Positions 42,101-49,629 are shown, counted from the first letter of the stretch. The stretch is 64,000 nt of DNA from Candidatus Omnitrophota bacterium (GCA_030649895.1 JAUSEX010000037.1:3815-67814); one strand, 5' to 3'. Numbers and translations: made by a program. The notes: generated by a model from the letters alone, not told the origin.

Positions 42101-42666
42101 CCGAATCAATTTACAATAGTTTGCCCAGAGTTGTTGTCCATGGAGACGCTTCTTTTCCAAATATATTATTTTCTGATACGGGAGAAGTTGTTGCTTTGCT
42201 TGACTGGGAACGGTCCAGGATTCAGCCGCGCGTAGAAGATTTTAAGAATACTATAATGACGGTTGATCCGATACAGGGCCGCACCTATGATTTTGACAGC
42301 TTGGTAGAACTGGTAGCTGCTTATCAGGCACATACTGCTGATAAGCTTACAGAGGCAGAATTGCGGGCTATACCCGAAGTTTTAAGGGCAACGTTTCTCT
42401 GGGAATTCGCTTCTCGTTTTATGTCTAGGATTTCAGAATTGGAACAAAAAGAAGGAATGGACAGGCTTGACAATATGCTTTTAAAGTTTCAGAGTTTTAA
42501 AAAAGATTTCCCTGGTACAAATGAGAGTATTCAAAGATTTATAAAGGAAGTAAACTCAAAAAGCCGAGAAATATTAATAGGCCCTGCTGAATCCCAGGAG
42601 CCTGTCTTTGAGATAAAGAGGGCGCTTGAAGAAGATGGATCGCCTGTTTTGCGTAATCAGATTTAA
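38974..42666 (+). CDS. signal-peptide-bearing tri-domain fusion: NAD-dependent sugar epimerase (GalE-like) + family-2 glycosyltransferase (DPM1-like) + APH/choline-kinase-like phosphotransferase
   Basis: ATG at 38974 (ORF-track TTG 38944 overlaps the repeat element). Signal peptide MLNIKKILLIRVISLLLSISVALPDAAYS. Epimerase: VLVTGGAGYIGNFVV (Rossmann GxxGxxG) ... YGETKW (YxxxK) ... matches GalE. GT2: LVQDGDD ... FVVITDGD ... DTQCGFKAYSRQ. Kinase: VVVHGDASFPNILF ... LLDWERS. Confidence 0.8.
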   Translation: MLNIKKILLIRVISLLLSISVALPDAAYSLSESLRVPLNTPELKERQEEVQRFLTQDKATSTLLSPTVLVTGGAGYIGNFVVRQLRSKGYNVIIYDRATRPELALEKLKYIQGDLGDRKRLDEVFKAEHVNAVIHLAALIQVPESVRRPAAYYENNFINTLALLDTMAKHRVRSIVFSSSAAVYGEGSEELLTEQTNVNPANPYGETKWLMEEAMRAYEKRYGIHSVALRYFNAAGAAMDGSVGEAHQPETHIIPSLLEKAVKKREKLPIRRGYPTPDGTAIRDFVHVEDLARAHTLALDYIVREQHSDIFNLGTGSGTSVREIVESIERLTGEDVPIELSAPRSGGVARLVASFTKAQARLGWMPILGIEQILESALKWHSNRPIMTQQQGENIFMGSHGEAQAFERVISQLRSNFVIGDSLREEVMVRLAKRMQVLLKEADQADAEEILRVIFASNTWLVSREKRIVNDQELMALLAKSLAISLRREDAKEIAEFLNALLNHYPENLLPEAKRLIHSYLVVYNIDRPLKIATVVSRYGGQIRILRPENHPLGENNLRLKLEQLEELYGINTNVYWELILVQDGDDRKPEDPLRRLRTIDMDRDIVLVEHPDYFASGRVRLYELDQQEKLRLGSVRTGATTYGARQAIRNGADFVVITDGDVSAHIGQEGLLLEPQLKGEKIVAVGSRSASGSIVRGRKLIRRIISPGFNIFSRLFLSLGPIRDTQCGFKAYSRQVLEDILPVNKDNRFDIEFAYNFSGEVNLLWRARLSGYQLKEIPIAWFDTPTTTVKRSDIINMAKGVLRQRAYLDKWKKRTPSGQETETISLPGSTKAWDLQYRIMPIEEKIKVAMSKYDLGVASFEDIRYEELRGGVPNRLPLRLETPLGNFALKQIALTLEEARFCVSVLRRLQKEKLPIPALVKTKDFPDEKTDSYFIKIGTYFYILEEFKEGRYVDRLQAEPAHFYSIGKIMADIHHILAGFTPEGQKTAAPVIDILRHRREFQQLRGRLRNRETLQLKAGEILFLYLYEEIMQQFDILENNLSESIYNSLPRVVVHGDASFPNILFSDTGEVVALLDWERSRIQPRVEDFKNTIMTVDPIQGRTYDFDSLVELVAAYQAHTADKLTEAELRAIPEVLRATFLWEFASRFMSRISELEQKEGMDRLDNMLLKFQSFKKDFPGTNESIQRFIKEVNSKSREILIGPAESQEPVFEIKRALEEDGSPVLRNQI

Positions 42667-42679
42667 AAAAAGCAAAGGA

Positions 42680-42711
42680 CTAGGGACGTTCTATTCGGGG
42701 ACACCCCATAC
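42680..42711 (+). repeat. REP-like element copy upstream of CDS 42725
   Basis: ctagggacgttctattcggggacaccccatac. Confidence 0.6.
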
Positions 42712-42885
42712 AAAGAGAGGTTTTATGTTGAATATTAAAAAAATATTATTAATCAGGGCAATAAGCTTATTGCTTTCAATAAGCGTCGCGCTTCCAGGCG
42801 CTGCCTATTCTCTGCCTGAAAACCGCTCTAATGCCTTAAGAGCTCCATTAAATACGCTGGAACTTAAGGAGCGGCAGGAAGAAGC
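42680..42885 (+). repeat. leader module B copy 2
   Basis: see 38923-39125. Confidence 0.8.
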
Positions 42886-45800
42886 TTTAAAGGCGATAAT
42901 ATCTCCTATAGGTGCGTATTTGGAAGCCGATGAAATGACAGTTGGTGATGAAGCGGAATTAGGCAAAACACCTGCTGATCAAAGAAATGATGCCAATATT
43001 GCCAAAGGCGAGGGAATATTTGCTCCGGACGAACACGCTGAAGCAAATACTATAATAAGACAGGCAAGAAGAGAGAGGCGGGGATATATCATCAGAAGGA
43101 ATAAAACTACGATTTCCAGGGGCTGGAAAGAAGGTAAAGATGAGGATAAGGCTAAACTTAATAAGGCTATTGATTTATTGCTGGATGGGCATATGGGTAA
43201 GTTTAAGAGCATAGCTTTGCCAAAGGGACTGGGCGAAATTAACTTATCCGACAGGCTCCATATCCCAAATATTATATTGATTCAACCGAGAAATAGATCT
43301 CCCGGCCTAATTGTAAAAGATAGAAATGCCTTCCAGGTTGCCCACGCAGGAGTAGCCTATAATTCTATTTATATTGATAAGATTACTTTTGATCATCTCA
43401 ATATTGAAGAATTGGCCGCTTTAGTTCTTCATGAGATAATAGAGATAAAAGCAAAGAGCTTGACCTTGGAGAAAGGCGTAACTTGGACTGAACTGGCAAT
43501 GGATGTTCATCAACTGGCTGAGAGATACGAGATAGATGTTGCAGGGCCCAGCCTAAGCGGCGTTGGCAGTAGGTTGGATGATAAAGTAAGAGAGGTTTTG
43601 CAAAGTGCTTTTGCATTCAGGATTCAAAGCTTGATCGAGCCTTACGTTAGCCAGCTACAGCCTCTTATTGATAGATATCATCAGGCAAGTGATAAAAAGG
43701 ATAGAGAAGAAATAGAAAAAGAAATTAATAAAATAGTAAACAAAATCAATGTCTTCTCCGTGGTTCCAGAAGATCAGATTGTTCTGGCCGAGGACGAAGA
43801 TATAGAAGCTTTAGATAAGTTCTTAAAGAGAAAGCGCGCCAAAGAGCATATAAAGTTTGCAGAAGATACAATTATTCAAGGCAGGTATATCCCGGAATTT
43901 TTCTTTGCTGGCGCAGCTACTCGCCTCATCGAAGACCTTAAGGGGTTGGGCATAAAGATAGAGGATAGAGATGAATACAAGTATCGTATGTATTCTTTGG
44001 ATCCCTGGGATTTTGCCGGGCCGGCCAGAGCGGCTTCCTTAAATTTAAATTTAGGAATGGGCCAGAGGCAGCTTTTTGCCTATAGAGCCTTCTTAGAGAA
44101 ATTGGCTAAAGAAAGAGGCTTAAACCCGCGTGATGTTATAAAGAGGCAGCGTCTTATCCTGCACGTAAGCGCAGAGATAGCGGATGAAGTTCAGGAAGAT
44201 TTCTTAGCTAGCAACCTTTTGGGTTTTGACCCTCAATATGGTTTTGATCTTCAGAACGTCTTCTTTATTATGCAGGAGAATTTACCCGGTTATCTTCTTA
44301 AAGATGGCCAGGTAAATTTAGCTCAAGATAGCAAAAAACTTCCATTTGGGCATGGCTATGCGACAATGCAGGTAAACATACCTTCCGTAGCTTTTCGCCT
44401 TATAGCAAGGGACAACAAGGTATATCGAGAATATCTATCAGAGGATATATTGACTGAGCTGGAAGGCGAGGGCGCAGACTGCTTTGTTGGCACACATAGG
44501 GTTAATGACTTAACTAAATTTCTGGTCGATGGGGTAGTAGATATACAAAAGCTAGCTTTTAGCATATATCTTATTAAGAAAGGTAATGATCTTGTTGTAG
44601 AGCTGGTTGAGAATCCCATGGACCAAGAAGGCAAGAGACAGAAAGGAGGAAATCTTATTAAAGATAGAAGGACCAATAGAAAGTTTTTGATCGAAACTTC
44701 TAATACAAGCGGTTCAGTTAAATTGGATGAGATGTTAACTAAAGCCAGTCAAGAAGGCGCCCCCTATAATGCCTTTCGTCTTACATATGGATTGAGGCCT
44801 TTAAAGAAATTATTAAGGAAAGATTTATCTTACAATTTGAGGTTTAAGAATGGTTATTTCTATTTGGAGGCGGTTACTGGAGATTTAACTCAACTGGAAG
44901 ATGTAAAGTCAGCGGCATTCAAGAGGAGAGGAGATGTTATCAAAGATTTTAAAAAGCTATCTAATTTGGATATTGCCACACCTATCCTTACAGAAAGTGA
45001 TAAAGCTTTAATAGGGTCGTTTGATCAATTAAAACATAGGCAAGCCTTAAGCAATGGGAAGATAACAGAATTGATATATAGATTACAAAGAGAAGGTATT
45101 CCCGCAGATTTCATAAATACTGTTATCTTATCTATGCCTCTTGAGCATACGTCAGCTGATACTGTTCCTGCGGATAGGCTCAGGGATCAAGTTATGGAGC
45201 TATACGGTTTAATGAAGCGGTATCTTGAAAACCCAGGGCAGATTCAATATTCTGTCAAGAATCCGAAAGATACTTACTATAAGGGAGTCCCTGAAGAAAA
45301 AATTCCTCAGCCGATTAATTATTCCGAAATTATGGTGGTTAGCAAAGACAGGGCCGGACTGTTAAGAGATATACAGGCTGAAATTGCTAAACTCAGAGGC
45401 AGCGGCGGTTCGCTTTATTTTTCTATCTATAAAGACACAATTTTATTGGTTTGTGAAGTGCAGCATGTTCAGAGAAAGGATGCTTTCAGCGGCCAAGAAA
45501 TAAAGATGCTGGAGTTAGCGCTCTCGCAGATAAAGGTGGAAGAGAAAATGCCTCTCATTAGGCCTGAGTATCGCTTTGACGATTGGGGTGAGGACGAAAG
45601 GCATGATAATGTTTACGAGGGCGAGGTAATTGTCGATAGCAGGGTTTTAAATTTACGGGTGGAGAAGTACGAAGATGGCTTTAAGTATTTTCTTACTTAT
45701 AAAGGCGAAGGCGTTGGATATGGTAGGATTTTATTTGGGACAGGCAAGTTTGAAATCCATTATTTAGAGACCCAAGACTGGTTTAGAAAAAAGGTCGCCG

Positions 45801-46426
45801 ATATTTCTATAGCTAAACTATTAATGAATATCATGATTAAAGATTTATTGCTGATAGGAAATCAGAATCTATCGGGTTTAACTGTTCGCATGGTTATGGG
45901 AATGCCTGGTACGATTCCAAGGGTAAATAATCTTATCGGGGATTTTGGGATAACCGATTTTGATAAAGATGCTGTAAGAGATATGATAATGGACAGAGAA
46001 TCTAAAATCGCTATCAGCGAAACAGAACCCCCGAAGCAAGGCGTACCATATTTTGAGATAAGATTAGACAATAGATTTTCGCTGAAGATTTTTCTCAAGG
46101 CGCCTAAGGAATATTCATATAAAGATAAGAGAACATGGATCATTAACAGGCAAATTTACGAGCAAATGAAGTCAGAATATACAGTTCGGATCGCCCCGGA
46201 TAGATGGCTGCAGGATAAGCTTAAGGAAGAATTAGTAAGGAGGCTTGAAGAGGACGAGATTTTTGTGGGAGGGGTTGATTATTATGTTGATCCTGATAAG
46301 GTTGAGGGGCTAGAAAGTTATGCTATACTATTGCCGATCAACCCTTGGTCAATAAATGCAAACTATGATACTCAGAAAAAACCAGGCCGATTTTTAGGCC
46401 GGAAGAAGATAGATTCCGCGTTATAA
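42725..46426 (+). CDS. secreted multi-domain protein, free-standing paralogue of giant-ORF module 21680-25140 (UDPGP-like nucleotidyltransferase + ACT-like + unknown regions)
   Basis: ATG at 42725 preferred over ORF-track start 42626, which overlaps the upstream gene and the repeat element. Leader MLNIKKILLIRAISLLLSISVALPGAAYS is near-identical to the previous gene. EFFFAGAATRL ... NVFFIMQENLPG ... LPFGHGYAT ... EIMVVSKDRAGLLRDIQAEIA (ACT-like). Confidence 0.8.
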   Translation: MLNIKKILLIRAISLLLSISVALPGAAYSLPENRSNALRAPLNTLELKERQEEALKAIISPIGAYLEADEMTVGDEAELGKTPADQRNDANIAKGEGIFAPDEHAEANTIIRQARRERRGYIIRRNKTTISRGWKEGKDEDKAKLNKAIDLLLDGHMGKFKSIALPKGLGEINLSDRLHIPNIILIQPRNRSPGLIVKDRNAFQVAHAGVAYNSIYIDKITFDHLNIEELAALVLHEIIEIKAKSLTLEKGVTWTELAMDVHQLAERYEIDVAGPSLSGVGSRLDDKVREVLQSAFAFRIQSLIEPYVSQLQPLIDRYHQASDKKDREEIEKEINKIVNKINVFSVVPEDQIVLAEDEDIEALDKFLKRKRAKEHIKFAEDTIIQGRYIPEFFFAGAATRLIEDLKGLGIKIEDRDEYKYRMYSLDPWDFAGPARAASLNLNLGMGQRQLFAYRAFLEKLAKERGLNPRDVIKRQRLILHVSAEIADEVQEDFLASNLLGFDPQYGFDLQNVFFIMQENLPGYLLKDGQVNLAQDSKKLPFGHGYATMQVNIPSVAFRLIARDNKVYREYLSEDILTELEGEGADCFVGTHRVNDLTKFLVDGVVDIQKLAFSIYLIKKGNDLVVELVENPMDQEGKRQKGGNLIKDRRTNRKFLIETSNTSGSVKLDEMLTKASQEGAPYNAFRLTYGLRPLKKLLRKDLSYNLRFKNGYFYLEAVTGDLTQLEDVKSAAFKRRGDVIKDFKKLSNLDIATPILTESDKALIGSFDQLKHRQALSNGKITELIYRLQREGIPADFINTVILSMPLEHTSADTVPADRLRDQVMELYGLMKRYLENPGQIQYSVKNPKDTYYKGVPEEKIPQPINYSEIMVVSKDRAGLLRDIQAEIAKLRGSGGSLYFSIYKDTILLVCEVQHVQRKDAFSGQEIKMLELALSQIKVEEKMPLIRPEYRFDDWGEDERHDNVYEGEVIVDSRVLNLRVEKYEDGFKYFLTYKGEGVGYGRILFGTGKFEIHYLETQDWFRKKVADISIAKLLMNIMIKDLLLIGNQNLSGLTVRMVMGMPGTIPRVNNLIGDFGITDFDKDAVRDMIMDRESKIAISETEPPKQGVPYFEIRLDNRFSLKIFLKAPKEYSYKDKRTWIINRQIYEQMKSEYTVRIAPDRWLQDKLKEELVRRLEEDEIFVGGVDYYVDPDKVEGLESYAILLPINPWSINANYDTQKKPGRFLGRKKIDSAL

Positions 46427-46571
46427 TTTTTTGCAAGCAAAAGGTGATTATTACTTGCCAAGAAAACTTTTCTAGTGCAAAAGAAGGCCTATTGCCGTAG
46501 ATTTTCTTAATTCTTTGATTTTCTCGTTAAGGGGCTTTTGCCTCTAATTTCTTACTATTTTGCAGTAAAGA

Positions 46572-46580
46572 TGGTATAAT
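46572..46580 (+). promoter_or_regulatory. extended -10 promoter element TGGTATAAT upstream of small ORF 46620
   Basis: atggtataat read directly, in an AT-rich 190-nt intergenic region. Confidence 0.3.
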
Positions 46581-46619
46581 AAAAAAATAAAAAAAGGATA
46601 GCTGTTTCTAAAAATTGTT

Positions 46620-47051
46620 ATGAATTTTCCAATTTTTTACACATTGTTTTTCTGGATTGCGTGGATCAGCATTATTACGATTATTTTAAAGGTTGTCCCT
46701 ATGGGGGCCGAGCTGATAACTATTTGTATATGCGCTATTTTAGGGGTTGCCCTGTATTTTTCAGCTCCTTCCATAGTAACCGAATGCCTGGAAAACCTGC
46801 GGGATAAGAAGCCAGATAAGAATAAAATGATAAGCGAGAGTAGAAAAAAATTTTTAAATGAGCAATATCTTAGAAAAAGATACAGGTATATAAAATTAAA
46901 CAAAAAAGAAAATATAATATCCAGTACTATAGATAAAAAAGATAAAATATCCCTCATGGAAGTTGTGCATGGAGATACTCCTGAATTTGCGCAGCAGTTA
47001 ATCCAGGAGTACGAAAATAAAAAAGAGGTATTTAGTTCCCGAGATTTATAA
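46620..47051 (+). CDS. small membrane protein (2 TM), K-rich C-terminus, hypothetical
   Basis: Two hydrophobic helices at the N-terminus. Extended -10 TGGTATAAT 40 nt upstream. AT-rich region, so the opposite-strand ORF 46637-46957 is also open. Weak call. Confidence 0.35.
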   Translation: MNFPIFYTLFFWIAWISIITIILKVVPMGAELITICICAILGVALYFSAPSIVTECLENLRDKKPDKNKMISESRKKFLNEQYLRKRYRYIKLNKKENIISSTIDKKDKISLMEVVHGDTPEFAQQLIQEYENKKEVFSSRDL

Positions 47052-47101
47052 TGAGGGATACCGTAGTAATAATTTGCTGGGGCTGATAGCGGGGGGGCAG
47101 C

Positions 47102-47500
47102 ATGAGGATAGATAAAGAAGAAGCGCTAAAAGCAAAGATGGATTCACTGGGGATAAAAGAAACAGACCTGGAGGAGAAATTTATACGTTCGAACAAGAAG
47201 GGCGGGCAAAAGGTCAATAAGACATCCTCGTGCGTCTACCTCAAATACAAGCCTACGGGCATAGAGGTTAAGTGCCAGGAAGAACGTTCCCAGGCCCTTA
47301 ACAGATTTCTTGCCAGAAGGATACTCGTTAATAAAATCGAATCGCTTGTCCTGGGCAAAGAAGCGGAGATAGAGAAGAGGATAGAAAAGATAAGACGCCA
47401 GAAACGAAAACGTTCCAGGAGGGCCAAGGAAAAAATGCTCAGGTATAAAAAAATGCGCTCTGAAAAAAAAGAACTGCGAAAATTTCAGGCTGAAATATAA
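47102..47500 (+). CDS. arfB: alternative ribosome-rescue factor ArfB (YaeJ/ICT1 family peptidyl-tRNA hydrolase, GGQ motif)
   Basis: KETDLEEKFIRSNKKGGQKVNKTSSCVYLKY ... QEERSQALNRFLARRIL plus a basic C-terminal tail (RRQKRKRSRRAKEK). Matches the E. coli YaeJ pattern GGQHVNKTSTAIHLRF ... QEYRSQELNRE. Confidence 0.8.
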   Translation: MRIDKEEALKAKMDSLGIKETDLEEKFIRSNKKGGQKVNKTSSCVYLKYKPTGIEVKCQEERSQALNRFLARRILVNKIESLVLGKEAEIEKRIEKIRRQKRKRSRRAKEKMLRYKKMRSEKKELRKFQAEI

Positions 47501-47505
47501 AAGAT

Positions 47506-49269
47506 ATGAATATCGGATTACCGCTTATAATTTCTTTACCCGTCTATTTTTTAGCGTACCGGTTTTACGGCGGGTTTATCTCCCGGGTGTTTGAGGCGAA
47601 TGATAAAACTCAGACTCCGGCTGTTGCTATAAAAGATGGAGTGGATTACGTCCCTACTAAATTAGGAGTGGTTTTTTCTCATCATTTTGCCTCTATAGCG
47701 GGAGCAGGCCCGATTATCGGGCCGACAGTCGCCCTCATATTTGGTTATGCGCCGATATGGTTATGGGTTGTTTTAGGAACGGTATTTATAGGAGCTGTAC
47801 AGGATTATACAGCTCTTTTTGTAAGCATCCGGGAGAAGGGCCATTCCATTGCAGAGGTAGCTGATCGCACCTTAGGTAGGTTCGGATTTTTCCTGCTCAT
47901 CTCTTTTACAATTATAATGCTTCTTTATGTTACATCTGCTTTCTTGTGGCTGACTACCATATCCCTAACATCGCTGGTGCCACTGGAATCAATGAGGGTC
48001 GCGCCCGGGGAAACAATACTAAAAACATTGACTGATTCTGACGGCATAATTAAAGCACGCATTGGCGGCATTGCTTCCACTTCAGTGATTATTATGACTT
48101 TATTTGCCCCGCTAATAGGTTTTTTTCTTTATAAAAGACAGCGCAATATCCTGCTGGTTGGGCTTTTTGCTTTGATAATAGGAGTTTTTTCGATAATTAT
48201 TGGAGTAGTTTTTCCGCTAACTCTTAATCTTCACGTATGGATGGTCCTGCTTACATTTTATGTGATCTTGGCAGCTGGTATTCCGGTATGGGTACTTTTG
48301 CAGCCAAGGGACTTTATTAACTCTCTTTTACTTTACCTGGGGATTTGCTTTCTTTTTGTCGGAATAATCGCCGGAGGGTTTCTGGGGATAAAACTTCAGG
48401 CGCCAGCTTTCAATATTGCTAATGGCACAAATATTTTAGGGCCTATTTGGCCGTTTCTTTTTATTACTGTTGCCTGCGGCGCGATATCCGGGTTCCACGC
48501 GCTGGTCGCAGGAGGGACTATTTCCAAGCAGATATCCAGGGAATCTGACGCCAAAAGAGTGGGCTATGGCGGAATGATACTGGAATCGCTTCTGGCCGTG
48601 CTTGTAATATTAACAGTGGCAGGCGGATTGGATTTTGCCACTTATAATAGTATCGTTAATCCTGCAGCAAAAGGTGCGATAGGCAATCCTATCCTGGCTT
48701 TTTCATTGGCAATGGGTACATTACTGAACAAATCTATAGGGCTTCCTGTATCCGGTGGGACAGTTTTAGGAATCTTGATGATAGAAGGATTTATAATCAC
48801 TACATTGGATACGGCAGTAAGGCTTAACCGTTATTTATTCGAAGAACTCTGGGCGATTATTATGACAAAACCGCCGAAAATATTTAAGTCGTATATGTTT
48901 AATGCGTCTCTTTCCGCAGGTCTTATGTTGTTTTTATGTTACACTAACACGTTTAAACAGATCTGGCTGCTTTTCGGTTCAGCAAATCAGCTTTTGGCTG
49001 CATTAAGCTTGATCGTGGTATCCGTATGGCTGGCCAAGCGCAAAAAAGCCAGTTTTTTTACTATTTTGCCCGCTGTATTTATGATGGTAACTACTATTTA
49101 TTCGCTTTGGCATATGCTGATCAAACAGTACGTGCCGGAACATAATTATTCACTGAGTATTACTGTGATCTCGCTTATATTATTATCCGCAGGCGTAATC
49201 TTTTTAGCTGTAAACAAGTTAAGCAGCCATATCTTTCCTAGGCACAGGTTACCTTCGCACAAATTATAA
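47506..49269 (+). CDS. cstA: carbon starvation protein A family peptide/pyruvate transporter
   Basis: HHFASIAGAGPIIGPTVALIFGYAPIWLWVVLGTVFIGAVQDY is the CstA N-terminal signature. Multi-pass membrane protein of 587 aa. Confidence 0.8.
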   Translation: MNIGLPLIISLPVYFLAYRFYGGFISRVFEANDKTQTPAVAIKDGVDYVPTKLGVVFSHHFASIAGAGPIIGPTVALIFGYAPIWLWVVLGTVFIGAVQDYTALFVSIREKGHSIAEVADRTLGRFGFFLLISFTIIMLLYVTSAFLWLTTISLTSLVPLESMRVAPGETILKTLTDSDGIIKARIGGIASTSVIIMTLFAPLIGFFLYKRQRNILLVGLFALIIGVFSIIIGVVFPLTLNLHVWMVLLTFYVILAAGIPVWVLLQPRDFINSLLLYLGICFLFVGIIAGGFLGIKLQAPAFNIANGTNILGPIWPFLFITVACGAISGFHALVAGGTISKQISRESDAKRVGYGGMILESLLAVLVILTVAGGLDFATYNSIVNPAAKGAIGNPILAFSLAMGTLLNKSIGLPVSGGTVLGILMIEGFIITTLDTAVRLNRYLFEELWAIIMTKPPKIFKSYMFNASLSAGLMLFLCYTNTFKQIWLLFGSANQLLAALSLIVVSVWLAKRKKASFFTILPAVFMMVTTIYSLWHMLIKQYVPEHNYSLSITVISLILLSAGVIFLAVNKLSSHIFPRHRLPSHKL

Positions 49270-49350
49270 GACAGTCGTTTAAACTAAGTTCCGATGTTTT
49301 TCAATTATGCTTGATATTTACTGCCGGATTTTATATAATAGGGCTTGCTT

Positions 49351-49435
49351 GCGCGGGTGGTGGAATTGGCAGACACGTACGTTTGAGGGGCGTATGGCTT
49401 CGGCCTTGTGGGTTCAAGTCCCACCCCGCGTACCA
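49351..49435 (+). tRNA. tRNA-Leu (anticodon GAG), long variable arm, CCA encoded
   Basis: GCGCGGG acceptor / GTGGAATTGGCAGAC D-arm / anticodon loop TTGAGGG / long variable arm GGCTTCGGCC / GGGTTCAAGTCCCAC T-arm / ACCA. Folded by eye; G1-U72 wobble assumed. Confidence 0.7.
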
Positions 49436-49457
49436 AACTTTGCAAAGCAAAGTTTGG
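49433..49457. terminator. perfect 11-bp hairpin (ccaaactttgc-aaa-gcaaagtttgg) overlapping tRNA-Leu 3' end; possible bidirectional terminator between convergent tRNA and GGDEF gene
   Basis: Inverted repeat read directly. No strong U-tract on either side. Confidence 0.35.
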
Positions 49458-49629
49458 TATTGAAGCAGCGTTAAATAATCCGACTAAAAGTGGGATTATA
49501 GCTGCTGAAATATCTTTCCAAAGTATCTTTGCGAAGGCGAATTTGATCTTGAGCTGTCATAGTTCTTAAATGTTTGCGGTGAGAGATATTCTCCGAACTT
49601 CTTCAGCCGCGTAGAAAGCCTACGGCCAC

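Noticed and set aside
42626-42724. ORF-track start at 42626 for the paralogue gene (MKKMDRLFCVIRFKK...)
   Set aside because: It overlaps the 3' end of the upstream gene and runs through the REP-like element. The ATG at 42725 reproduces the MLNIKKILLIR leader of gene 38974 exactly, so 42725 is the start.
46637-46957. 106-aa minus-strand ORF overlapping small gene 46620-47051
   Set aside because: The region is extremely AT-rich, so both strands are open. The + strand ORF has a plausible extended -10 promoter and two clean TM helices. Neither is called with confidence.
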